From Acidimicrobiales bacterium (GTDB lineage Bacteria > Actinomycetota > Acidimicrobiia > Acidimicrobiales > DATDAH01): a stretch of 64,000 nt of DNA. The notes beneath the pieces were generated by a model. That model was not told where the DNA came from, searched no databases, and saw only the letters and a list, made by a program, of their open reading frames with translations. The stretch covers positions 7,161-71,160 of the forward strand of contig JAYRFK010000023.1 in the NCBI GenBank assembly GCA_041908445.1. The letters run 5' to 3'. Position 1 is the stretch's first letter, and every line of letters starts with the position of its first letter. The translations under genes and the position numbers were made by a program. Shown here one piece after another: positions 26,971 through 35,337 of this stretch.

Positions 26971-28268
26971 AGGTTCCCCACCTCCAGCTCGAGGAACTCG
27001 GCGTACTTGGCCCGGGCCGCCTCGCGCAGCTTGGGGATGTGGCGGGTGGGCCAGAGATCGTCGCTGGGCCGGTGGTCCCGGAGCACCTGGCGGGCGATGG
27101 TGACCTTGTGGACCTCGGTGGGGCCGTCGGCCAGGCCCATCACGCTGGCGCCCAGCATCATCCCGGTGAAGGGCATCTCGTTGCTGACGCCGAGGGCGCC
27201 GTGGACCTGCATGGCCCGCCAGGCGATGTCGTGCAGCACCTGGGGCATGACCACCTTCACCGTGGCGATGTCCTTGCGGACCCGCCGGTAGTCGTTGTAC
27301 TTGTCGATGGTCCACGCCGTGTAGAGCGTGAGCAGGCGGAACTGGGTGAGCTGGGCGTACGAGTCGGCGATGTAGCCCTGCACGAACTGCTTGTCCGCCA
27401 GCAGGCTGCCCTGGGTCTCGCGGCTGAGGGCCCGCTCGCACAGCATGTCGAGCGCCTTGCCGGCCATGCCGATGGTGCGCATCGCATGGTGGATGCGACC
27501 GCCGCCGAGGCGGGTCTGGGCGATGGCGAAGGCCTGGCCCTCGCCACCGAGCAGGCCCTCCTCGGGCACCCGCACGTCCTGGTAGTGGATGAGGGCGTGG
27601 GAGCCGTGGCCCTCGGGCTCGCCGCCGAGGCCCACGTTGCGGACGATCTCGATGCCCGGCGTGTCGGTCGGGACCAAGAACATGGACATGCCCTGGTAGG
27701 CGCTCACGTCGGGGTTGGTCACCGCCATGACGATGAGGAACGAAGCCGTGCCGGCGTTGGAGGAGAAGAACTTCCAGCCGTTGATCACCCACTCGTCGCC
27801 GTCCTTCTCGGCTCGGGTGGTGAACATGGTGGGGTCGGCGCCGGCGTGGGGCTCGGTCATCGAGTAGCACGAGAACATCTCGCCCTCGAGCAGCGGGTGC
27901 AGGTAGCGCTCCTTCTGCTCGGGCGTGCCGTAGTGGGCGATGATCTCGGCGTTGCCGGTGTCGGGCGCCTGGCAGCCGAACACGATCGGCGCCCACGACG
28001 AGCGGCCCAGGATCTCGTTGAGCAGCGAGAGCTTCACCTGGCCGTAGCCGGCGCCACCGAGCTCGGGGCCGAGGTGGGTGGCCCAGAGGCCCTGGTCGCG
28101 CACCCGCTGCTTGAGCGGGTCGATCGCCCGGCGGCGGTTGTCGTCGAGGGGCGTGAACTCCAGCCCCGGCCACACGAGGTCGAGCGGCTCGACCTCCTCG
28201 CGGACGAACTCGTCCGCCCAGTCGAGCTTCTCCTGGAATTCGGGCTCCGTCTCGAAGTCCCACGCCAT
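26967..28268 (-). CDS. acyl-CoA dehydrogenase family protein (kinase-partnered subgroup)
   Basis: ATG 28268 is preceded by GAAGGGGGA. The 433-aa product begins MAWDFETEPEFQEKLDWADEFVREEV and includes CYSMTEPHAGADP, WKFFSSNA and RLGGGRIHHAMRTIG. Confidence 0.9.
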   Translation of the reverse strand: MAWDFETEPEFQEKLDWADEFVREEVEPLDLVWPGLEFTPLDDNRRRAIDPLKQRVRDQGLWATHLGPELGGAGYGQVKLSLLNEILGRSSWAPIVFGCQAPDTGNAEIIAHYGTPEQKERYLHPLLEGEMFSCYSMTEPHAGADPTMFTTRAEKDGDEWVINGWKFFSSNAGTASFLIVMAVTNPDVSAYQGMSMFLVPTDTPGIEIVRNVGLGGEPEGHGSHALIHYQDVRVPEEGLLGGEGQAFAIAQTRLGGGRIHHAMRTIGMAGKALDMLCERALSRETQGSLLADKQFVQGYIADSYAQLTQFRLLTLYTAWTIDKYNDYRRVRKDIATVKVVMPQVLHDIAWRAMQVHGALGVSNEMPFTGMMLGASVMGLADGPTEVHKVTIARQVLRDHRPSDDLWPTRHIPKLREAARAKYAEFLELEVGNL

Positions 28269-28292
28269 GTCGGTCCCCCTTCGGTCGGCGGG

Positions 28293-28307
28293 CAGAATAG
28301 CATTCTG
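28293..28307. promoter_or_regulatory. palindrome CAGAAT-AGC-ATTCTG overlapping a -10-like TAGCAT
   Basis: Lies in the 42-bp divergent region between the ACAD (28268) and the TetR gene (28311). TAGCAT at 28298-28303 is 7 nt before the ATG. Confidence 0.5.
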
Positions 28308-28310
28308 GGG

Positions 28311-28970
28311 ATGGAGAACGCTGTGCGGGACGATCCTGACGACGCCGCCGGGGCGGGGCCCGACGACGTGGCCGCCCGGATCGCGCAGCGCACGCTCGCG
28401 GCCCGCGGCGCCGAGTACGCCGGCGAGGTGCGCCGCCTGCTCGACGCCGGCCTCACGGTGATGGACCGCTGCGGCACCGGCGCCCGGCCCCGGGTGGCCG
28501 ACATCGTCGCGGAGGCGGGGCTCTCCAACGACGCCTTCTACCGCCACTTCCCCTCGAAGGACGCGCTGGTCGCCGCCATCCTCGACGACGGCGCCGACCG
28601 CCTCGGCCGCTACCTCGGGCACCGCATGGCCAAGGCCGACGGGCCCGAGGCCCAGGTCCGCCAGTGGGTCGCCGGCGTCCTCGCCCAGGCCGACCCCGCC
28701 ATCGCCGCCACCACCCGGGCCGTGCTCTGGAACGGCGGCGGCGCGACCGGCCAGGCCGCCGGCCGCCACCCGGCGAGCGAGGCCCTCGCGGCGCTGCTGG
28801 TCGCGCCCTTCGACGCGCTCGGCAGCCCCGACCCGGCGGGCCAGGCCACCCTCGCCGCCCACGCCGCCCTCGGCCGCCTCGCCGACCTGCTCTGGGCGGA
28901 GGCGGCGCCCACCCGGGCCGAGGAGGACGCGCTCGTGGCGTTCCTCCTCGCCGCCATCCGTCGGTCCTGA
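28311..28970 (+). CDS. TetR/AcrR family transcriptional regulator
   Basis: The HTH region reads ARPRVADIVAEAGLSNDAFYRHFPSKDALV. ATG 28311 lies 7 nt after TAGCAT (leaderless layout). The gene is divergent from the ACAD operon. Confidence 0.85.
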   Translation: MENAVRDDPDDAAGAGPDDVAARIAQRTLAARGAEYAGEVRRLLDAGLTVMDRCGTGARPRVADIVAEAGLSNDAFYRHFPSKDALVAAILDDGADRLGRYLGHRMAKADGPEAQVRQWVAGVLAQADPAIAATTRAVLWNGGGATGQAAGRHPASEALAALLVAPFDALGSPDPAGQATLAAHAALGRLADLLWAEAAPTRAEEDALVAFLLAAIRRS

Positions 28971-28999
28971 CCCGTCTACTACACGCCGTTGTAAGCGAG

Positions 29000-29028
29000 T
29001 GGTCACTCATCTACGATCCAGGTACTCA
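29000..29028 (+). promoter_or_regulatory. sigma-A-like promoter (TTGTAA-17 nt-TACGAT) for the SBP gene
   Basis: TTGTAA at 29000-29005, a 17-nt spacer, and TACGAT at 29023-29028. GGGGGAG and ATG 29047 follow. Confidence 0.4.
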
Positions 29029-29046
29029 TCACCCAGGGGGAGATCC

Positions 29047-30372
29047 ATGACCACCGGAACCCGCCGCCTCGTGGCGGCGCTCGCGCTCGTCGCCGCCTCC
29101 GCGCTCGCGGTCGCGGCCTGCACGTCGGGCGACACGTCGGACGACGACGCCGCCTCGTCCACCACCGCGGCCTCGTCGGAGGACACCGCGCCCGCGGCGA
29201 CCGGGCCGTCGCCCGGCGTCACCGACGACACCATCAAGGTGGGCGTCACCTACGTCGACACCGCCAGCCTCGTCGCGTCGGGCCTCAACTACGACCTCGG
29301 CGACCACGAGGCCGTGTACACCGCGCTGTTCGACCAGATCAACGCCGACGGCGGCATCAACGGCCGCCAGATCGAGCCCGTGTTCGCGCCGATCGACCCG
29401 ACCAGCCCGGCGCCGGCCGAGGAGGCGTGCGTGAAGCTGACCGAGGACGAGGACGTCTTCCTCATCACCGGCTTCTTCCTCGCCGACGCCGTGACCTGCC
29501 CGGTCACCACCCACGAGACCGCCGTCGTCGGCGGCGAGATGACGCCGCAGCGCACCGCCGACGCCGCTGCACCGTGGATCACGTGGATCCCCGACGAGGA
29601 GCTCCCGGCCTCCGTCGTGGCCGCCTACGACGAGGCGGGGCTGCTCGACGGCACCGTGGGCGTCTTCGGCGCCGCACGTGACCAGGAGCAGATCGAAGGG
29701 ACCATCGTCCCGGCCCTCGAGGAGGCCGGCGTCGACGTGGCCGAGACCGGCATCATGGATGCCCCGGCCGACGACCAGGCCGCGGTGAACGCCAGCGTGC
29801 AGGCCATCGCCGAGCGCTTCGACGCCTCGGGCGTCGACACCGTGGTGATCGCGGGGTCGAGCGGCCAGGACTGGCCCACGAACATGGCCGACGACGACTC
29901 GTACCGGCCGACCCTCCTGTTCACCACGCTCGTCGGGCCCCACGCGTTCCTGTCGAACGCTGCGACCACCGACACGTCGGTGCTGGACGGCTCGTACGCG
30001 GGTGGCGCCTACGGTCCCGACCAGGCCCGCTTCGAGGAGGCCGCGATGCAGGACTGCATCCAGATCCTGAGCGACGCAGGCCTCGACACCCCCGCGCCCG
30101 AGGAATCGAGCGACGACCCGTCGAACCAGCCCTACCAGGCCGCCTTCCAGGCCTGCCCGGACGTGGTGCTGACCCAAGCGCTGCTCGAGGCCGCCGGCCC
30201 CGACCTCAACTACGGCACCCTCGAGGCGGCCATCGACGGCCTCGAGGTCACCATCCCGGGCGATCCCGAGGCCCGCACGTACGGGCCCGCCCCGGCGTCC
30301 GACGGTGACCCCACGGCCTACCTGTTCGAGTTCGACACCGACGCCCAGGACTACACCCTGATCGAGGACTGA
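29047..30372 (+). CDS. ABC-transporter substrate-binding lipoprotein (LivK-like)
   Basis: MTTGTRRLVAALALVAASALAVAACTSGD contains a lipobox and is followed by an Asp/Ser/Thr/Ala linker. It is a paralogue of 17873-19222. ATG 29047 is preceded by GGGGGAG. Confidence 0.85.
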   Translation: MTTGTRRLVAALALVAASALAVAACTSGDTSDDDAASSTTAASSEDTAPAATGPSPGVTDDTIKVGVTYVDTASLVASGLNYDLGDHEAVYTALFDQINADGGINGRQIEPVFAPIDPTSPAPAEEACVKLTEDEDVFLITGFFLADAVTCPVTTHETAVVGGEMTPQRTADAAAPWITWIPDEELPASVVAAYDEAGLLDGTVGVFGAARDQEQIEGTIVPALEEAGVDVAETGIMDAPADDQAAVNASVQAIAERFDASGVDTVVIAGSSGQDWPTNMADDDSYRPTLLFTTLVGPHAFLSNAATTDTSVLDGSYAGGAYGPDQARFEEAAMQDCIQILSDAGLDTPAPEESSDDPSNQPYQAAFQACPDVVLTQALLEAAGPDLNYGTLEAAIDGLEVTIPGDPEARTYGPAPASDGDPTAYLFEFDTDAQDYTLIED

Positions 30373-30383
30373 CCACCCCCCGT

Positions 30384-30412
30384 CCCGGATCGGTCGACCC
30401 GGCCGATCCGGG
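30384..30412. terminator. hairpin between convergent genes (10-bp stem)
   Basis: CCCGGATCGG-tcgacccgg-CCGATCCGGG lies between the SBP stop (30372) and the hydrolase stop (30456). Confidence 0.35.
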
Positions 30413-30455
30413 CGGGAGGCGGCTCCGCCGCGGCGTCCGCTCGGCGAGCGGGACC

Positions 30456-32468
30456 CTACGAGACGACGACCCGGGCCCGTCCGAGGTTGAGCACCCGGGC
30501 GTGGGGCGAGCGCAGGCTCCCCTCGCGCTGGGCGCTGACCCGCACGGCCACGAAGTAGGTGCCGGGCTCGTCGTAGGTGTGGGTGATCGACGACGTGCAG
30601 CGCGACGACGCCCCGTCGACGGTCGGGTCCGACTCGGCGTAGGCGCCGGAACCGTCGACGTCCCACTCCACCGCGACGACGGTGCCGGTGCCCGGCGGCA
30701 CCTCGATCTCGGCACGGAGCTCGACGGTCGCGCCGACGGCCACCTCGGCGCGCGACCCGCCGTTCGCGGTGAGCGACACGGTGGGTTGGATGCCGCGGCG
30801 TTCCCCCGCGGTGGGCGGCACGTGCACCTGGCCCCCGACCACGTCGTAGACGGTGCTCGCCGGCGGCGGCACGTCGTGCTCCGCCCACGCCACCAGCGCC
30901 CGGAGGGCGTGCTGGAGGGCGCCGGCGTAGCTGGTGAAGCGGGTGGTCGGCACCGGCCGCTCGGCGCCGGGCAGGTCCATCGGGGCCATGTGCATGGCGT
31001 GGTCGAGGAAGTAGATGCGGAAGCGTTCGTCGGCGGCCGGGCCCTGCGCCTCGTGGACGAGGTCGTCGTACCAGGCCGCCTGCCAGGGGTAGGCCGCCTC
31101 GTCGAGCAGCGCCTCGACCACGATCATCTTGGCGTTGAAGCGGCCCGACTGGACCGTGCCGGTGCCCGGCTTGCTCATCGTCGTGCCGATGAACCGCGGC
31201 CGCTGCGGGTACACGGGTCGGCCGTCGAGGCAGAACTGCTCCCACACCGGGAAGTCCGGGCTGACCTGGTGGCGGTGGTAGGTCTGGAAGGCGAGGTGGG
31301 CGTCGTTGTCGATCGTCACCTCGTCCCCCGCGGCCACCCCGGCGAGGTGCTCGAAGTGGGCCTCGCCCACCCCGGTGAGCACGAAGCCGTCCTGGAGCCC
31401 GGCGATCCAGAGGTTGACCCCCGCGGCCGACCCGGTGGTGATGCGCAGCTGCGCGCCCCGCACCTCGCCGTCGGGCAGGTCCGCCAGCTCCAGCGCAGCG
31501 ACGATGTCAGCGACGGGGACCCCACGGGGCATGGCGAGCGGGAGCGGAAGTCCGAGCTCCGCGGCCTCGTCCCCCATGATCGGGCGGGCGATGGTCGTGC
31601 GGTGCTGGACGCGCGCCCTGGCCAGCGAGGCCGGCGGGTCCGCGCCGAGGTAGCCGGGGACGGTCCAGAAGTCCTCGACGTAGGTGCGGTCGGCGGCGAG
31701 CAGGTTGTCGGCCAGCGCTCCCCACACCGTGGTGTAGCTGCGGGCCAGGCTCTGGTAGGCGAACCACGCGCGGGGCGGGAAGCCGACGGCGGTGGCCTCG
31801 GCGAGCGCCTCGCGCTCCTCCACCGAGAGGCCGGCGTAGGGGTCGCCGGAGCCGCCGGGCTCGAGGGCGTCGACGATCTGCGGGAACCGCTCCCAGAGGA
31901 TGCGCAGGGCATGGGCCTGCACGCCGAACACGCTCGGGATCGACTGGGGGCTGCCGATGACGAACGGCACCCCGCCGTCCCACACGTCCACGGTGTTCTC
32001 GAGGCACGCCATCGTCTTGAAGCCGCCGCCGCTGCCGCCGTAGCAGTAGCCGTACGGTCGGTGCTCGCCGTACATCTCGGCCGCGAGCGTGCGGGAGTAC
32101 CGCGCCACCGCCGCGCTGGCCCGGAAGCCCGTCACCGTCCCGTCCTCGCCCGGGAAGGGGTTCGTGCGCCCGAGGTTGGACTCGACGAGGTAGGCGCCGC
32201 TGTCGACCGCGAACTCGATCGAGGCCCCCATGCCGACGAGGATCCCCATGCCGACCGCGTGCTCCGTGCCCGACATGAACATGAGGGGCTGGAAGAACCG
32301 CCCCTCGTACCGCTCCACCGGCGGGAAGTACATCGAGAAGAGCAGGTCGGTGCCCTCGAACCCGCCGTGCACGTAGCGGTGCGGCACGGGCTCCTCGCGC
32401 CACTCGTCGACGTCGACGAACGGCGTCGCGAACTCCGGATCCTTCGACCCCGCGGCTGGCAGGCTCAT
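30456..32468 (-). CDS. uncharacterised putative hydrolase with C-terminal PKD/Ig-like domain
   Basis: ATG 32468 follows GGAGGGAAGG. The 670-aa product has an N-terminus PHRYVHGGFEGTDLLFSMYFPP and a GYCYGGSGGGF stretch, a possible G-x-S-x-G elbow. The last ~100 aa look PKD-like (VEWDVDGSGAY...THTYDEPGTYFVAVRV). No signal peptide is seen. Confidence 0.55.
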   Translation of the reverse strand: MSLPAAGSKDPEFATPFVDVDEWREEPVPHRYVHGGFEGTDLLFSMYFPPVERYEGRFFQPLMFMSGTEHAVGMGILVGMGASIEFAVDSGAYLVESNLGRTNPFPGEDGTVTGFRASAAVARYSRTLAAEMYGEHRPYGYCYGGSGGGFKTMACLENTVDVWDGGVPFVIGSPQSIPSVFGVQAHALRILWERFPQIVDALEPGGSGDPYAGLSVEEREALAEATAVGFPPRAWFAYQSLARSYTTVWGALADNLLAADRTYVEDFWTVPGYLGADPPASLARARVQHRTTIARPIMGDEAAELGLPLPLAMPRGVPVADIVAALELADLPDGEVRGAQLRITTGSAAGVNLWIAGLQDGFVLTGVGEAHFEHLAGVAAGDEVTIDNDAHLAFQTYHRHQVSPDFPVWEQFCLDGRPVYPQRPRFIGTTMSKPGTGTVQSGRFNAKMIVVEALLDEAAYPWQAAWYDDLVHEAQGPAADERFRIYFLDHAMHMAPMDLPGAERPVPTTRFTSYAGALQHALRALVAWAEHDVPPPASTVYDVVGGQVHVPPTAGERRGIQPTVSLTANGGSRAEVAVGATVELRAEIEVPPGTGTVVAVEWDVDGSGAYAESDPTVDGASSRCTSSITHTYDEPGTYFVAVRVSAQREGSLRSPHARVLNLGRARVVVS

Positions 32469-32584
32469 GGCACGTCCCCCCTTCCCTCCGGCGGCGCCGG
32501 GGGCCACGGGGACGCTAACCGGGAACGCGGTTCCCGTCGGCCGAGGGCGTGGTCTCCGACGGGCCGGGAGGGCGCCGTCGCCGA

Positions 32585-34248
32585 TCAGCCGAAGTCCATG
32601 CCCTCCAGCGACCCTGACGGCTCGATGTCGGGCAGGCGCACCATGCGCAGGGAGTTGGCGATGCCGATCAACCCGGCCACGAGCGGGACGAGCAGCGCCA
32701 CCTGCAGGGAGCGGTCCCTCGCCTCGGCGTTGACGTCGAGGATCGCGGCCTCGACCTCCGGGGGCTGGTCGGTGATGAGGGCGTCGAGCTGGGCGTTACT
32801 CATGATCTCGGCGTCGTCCTCGAGGGCGGTGGCGATGCGAGCCTGCTCGGCGGGAGGGATGACGTCGCTGGCCTCGGTCAGGTTCGTGAAGGAGAACGAG
32901 AGCGTGGCCAACATGATGCCGCCGGCCATGGCCAGCCCGAACGACAGCCCGAAGTTGCCACCCGCCGAGTTCACGCCGGCCGCCTCGCTGACTCGCTCCT
33001 CGGCGATCGGGGCGAGGGTGTAGTTGTTGAGCTGCGACACCAGCAGCCCGAAGCCGGCGCCGACGACCACGAGCGGCAGGGCGAGGGCGAGGCCGCGGTC
33101 GATGCGGGGCACGAGGACGACGATCGCGGCGATGCCGAGGCTGGCGAGCACGAAGCCGGCCCGGACGATCGCTGCCGGGCGACGGCGGCCGGCCCGCTTC
33201 CCGGCGACGAGCGCGACCACGAACATCGTGAGCGACAGCGGGGCCATGGACAGGCCGGCCTTCATCGCGTTGTAGCCGAGCGTCATCTGCAGGAACAGCG
33301 GGAGGGCGATCATGAGCCCGCCCAGGCCGACCTGCTGGAGGAGCTGGCCCGAGATGCCGGCGGTGAAGTTCGGCAGCCGGAACAGGTCGGGGTCGAGCAG
33401 GGGCTCGCGGCCGGCGCGCTTGCGCCGTCTGAGCCACCACGCCAGCAGGGCCAGGGCCACGGCGCCGACCGCGAGGAGCGCTCCCACCGCCTCCCCGCCC
33501 TCCTGCCACACCAGGATGCCGAGCACGACGCCGCCCATGCCCACGACGGACAGGCCGGCGCCCACCAGGTCGATGCGGCGGGGCCCGGTGTAGGGCACGT
33601 CGCGCACGAGGCCGATCTGGGCGAGGACCACGGCGATGATGACCACCTCGAGGGCGAAGCCGACCCGCCACGACAGGTAGGTCGTGAGGAACCCCCCAGC
33701 AAGGGCCCCACCGCGGCGGCGATGGCCGCCGACGCACCGACCATGGCGTAGGCCTGGCGCTGCGCCCGGCCGGTGAAGTTGCCGTGGATCAGCGACTGCA
33801 TGGCGGGCAGGAGCAGTGAGGCACCGAGGCCGCCGATCACCGCCCAGAACACGAGGATGGCGGTCAGGCTCTGGGCGAGGGTCATGGCCAGGGCACCGAT
33901 CGCGTAGGCGAGCAGGCCCAGCACGTAGGCCCGCTTGCGCCCGAGGAGGTCGCCGACCTTGGCGTTGATGAGGATGAACGCGGCGGAGACGAGGGCCTCG
34001 ATGGCGATGGCCGCCTGCACCCCGCTGGCGGTGGTGTCGAGGTCGTCGATGACCGCGGAGATGGACACGTTCATGAGCGACGTGTCGACCACGAGGACGA
34101 ACATGGCCATCGCCAGCAGCACCATCAGGCGCCGGCTCCCCTCGGGCGCGGCCGCGTGCTCGGGTTCCGTCACGCCCAGCCCGCCCGGCGCCGTGACCTC
34201 GCCGCTGCGCCCCGGGTCATCGCCGAAGTGTAGATGCCGTTGGACCAC
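32585..34248 (-). pseudogene. MFS drug:H+ antiporter (DHA2/EmrB-like, 14-TM type) interrupted by a 1-nt frameshift
   Basis: Two overlapping ORFs (33310-34248 and 32585-33646) lie in different frames. The N-terminal frame reads ...AAAVGPLLGG and then junk. One base further on, the frame reads FLTTYLSWRVGFALEVVIIAVV.... The join is at the C6 run 33692-33697. Confidence 0.7.
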
Positions 34249-34317
34249 CCCGGCGACGCCGGCTCGCCCCCTACCGGGACCTCCGAGCGGCGCTGACGGC
34301 GGGCGGGCCGCGCCCGA

Positions 34318-35337
34318 TCAACCCGCCGGTGCGGCGCCTCGTTGGCGTCGGGTGATCATCCCCGCGGCCAGCCAGGCGTCGAGCGCGATCCCGAGCGACT
34401 CGCGGACGGGCCGGAAGGCGACCCCGAGCTCCCGTGCGGTGGCATCGTCCGTGCCGGGCCACGTGGTGATGAGGGTCATCGCCTCCTCGGTCAGCGACGG
34501 CTCGTAGGGCAGGGCGGATGCGGCGAGGTCGGCGGCGCGCCCCATGGCACGGAGGACGCCGGGCGCGAACGGCGCGATCGGGAACCGCCGCCCGGTCAGG
34601 GCCCGGAGCTCGCGCTGCAGGTCCTCCATGGTCAGGCGGGCGCCGCCGCACATGACCCGGGCCGGCGCCGGGCCCGACGGGTCCAGCAGCCGGCGGTGCA
34701 CCTCGGCCACGTCGCGGACGTCGACCAGTGAGATCGCGGCCCGGCGGGTCGGGAGCACGCCACCGGCGACGAAGCTGGCCACCCCCCGGGACGTCTCGCC
34801 GAGCGCCTCCCCCGCCGCCGGCCCGATGACCCCGGCGGGGTATGTGATGTGGACCGGGGCGCCGGCGGCCTGCAAGGACCGGGCGACGAGCTCGGCCGCG
34901 GCCTTGGAGGCGGCGTAGCCGACCGACTCCGCCACCGGGTCGTCGACGCCGAGGGGCAGGTCGCCGTAGCGCAGCGCGCTGGTGGACGACACGTGGACGA
35001 TCGGATCGAGACCGAGCTCGGCGGCGCCGCGCACCACGTGCTCCGCCCCTGCCGTGTTCACCGTCAGCGCCTCGGCGGCGTGCTTGCGCTCCACCGACAC
35101 CGCGCCGGCGGCGTGCACGACGGCGTCGCACCCGAGCAGGGCGCCACGCACCGAGTCCCGGTCGGTGACATCGCCGAGGACCAGCTCGACGTCGTCGCCC
35201 CAGCCCACGGCGCGTCCCATGCGGCGGGCCCTTCCGTGGTCGCGCACGAGGAGGCGCAGGTCGTGGCCGTCATCGTGCAGGGCGCGGGCGGTGTGCGCCC
35301 CGACGAACCCCGTCGCCCCGGTGACGAGGACCTTCAC
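34318..35337 (-). CDS. NAD-dependent epimerase/dehydratase-type extended SDR (possible acyl-CoA or aldehyde reductase)
   Basis: GTG 35337 overlaps the WS/DGAT stop (GTGA). The 339-aa product begins VKVLVTGATGFVGAHTARAL and contains YAASKAA (YxxxK). Confidence 0.85.
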   Translation of the reverse strand: MKVLVTGATGFVGAHTARALHDDGHDLRLLVRDHGRARRMGRAVGWGDDVELVLGDVTDRDSVRGALLGCDAVVHAAGAVSVERKHAAEALTVNTAGAEHVVRGAAELGLDPIVHVSSTSALRYGDLPLGVDDPVAESVGYAASKAAAELVARSLQAAGAPVHITYPAGVIGPAAGEALGETSRGVASFVAGGVLPTRRAAISLVDVRDVAEVHRRLLDPSGPAPARVMCGGARLTMEDLQRELRALTGRRFPIAPFAPGVLRAMGRAADLAASALPYEPSLTEEAMTLITTWPGTDDATARELGVAFRPVRESLGIALDAWLAAGMITRRQRGAAPAG

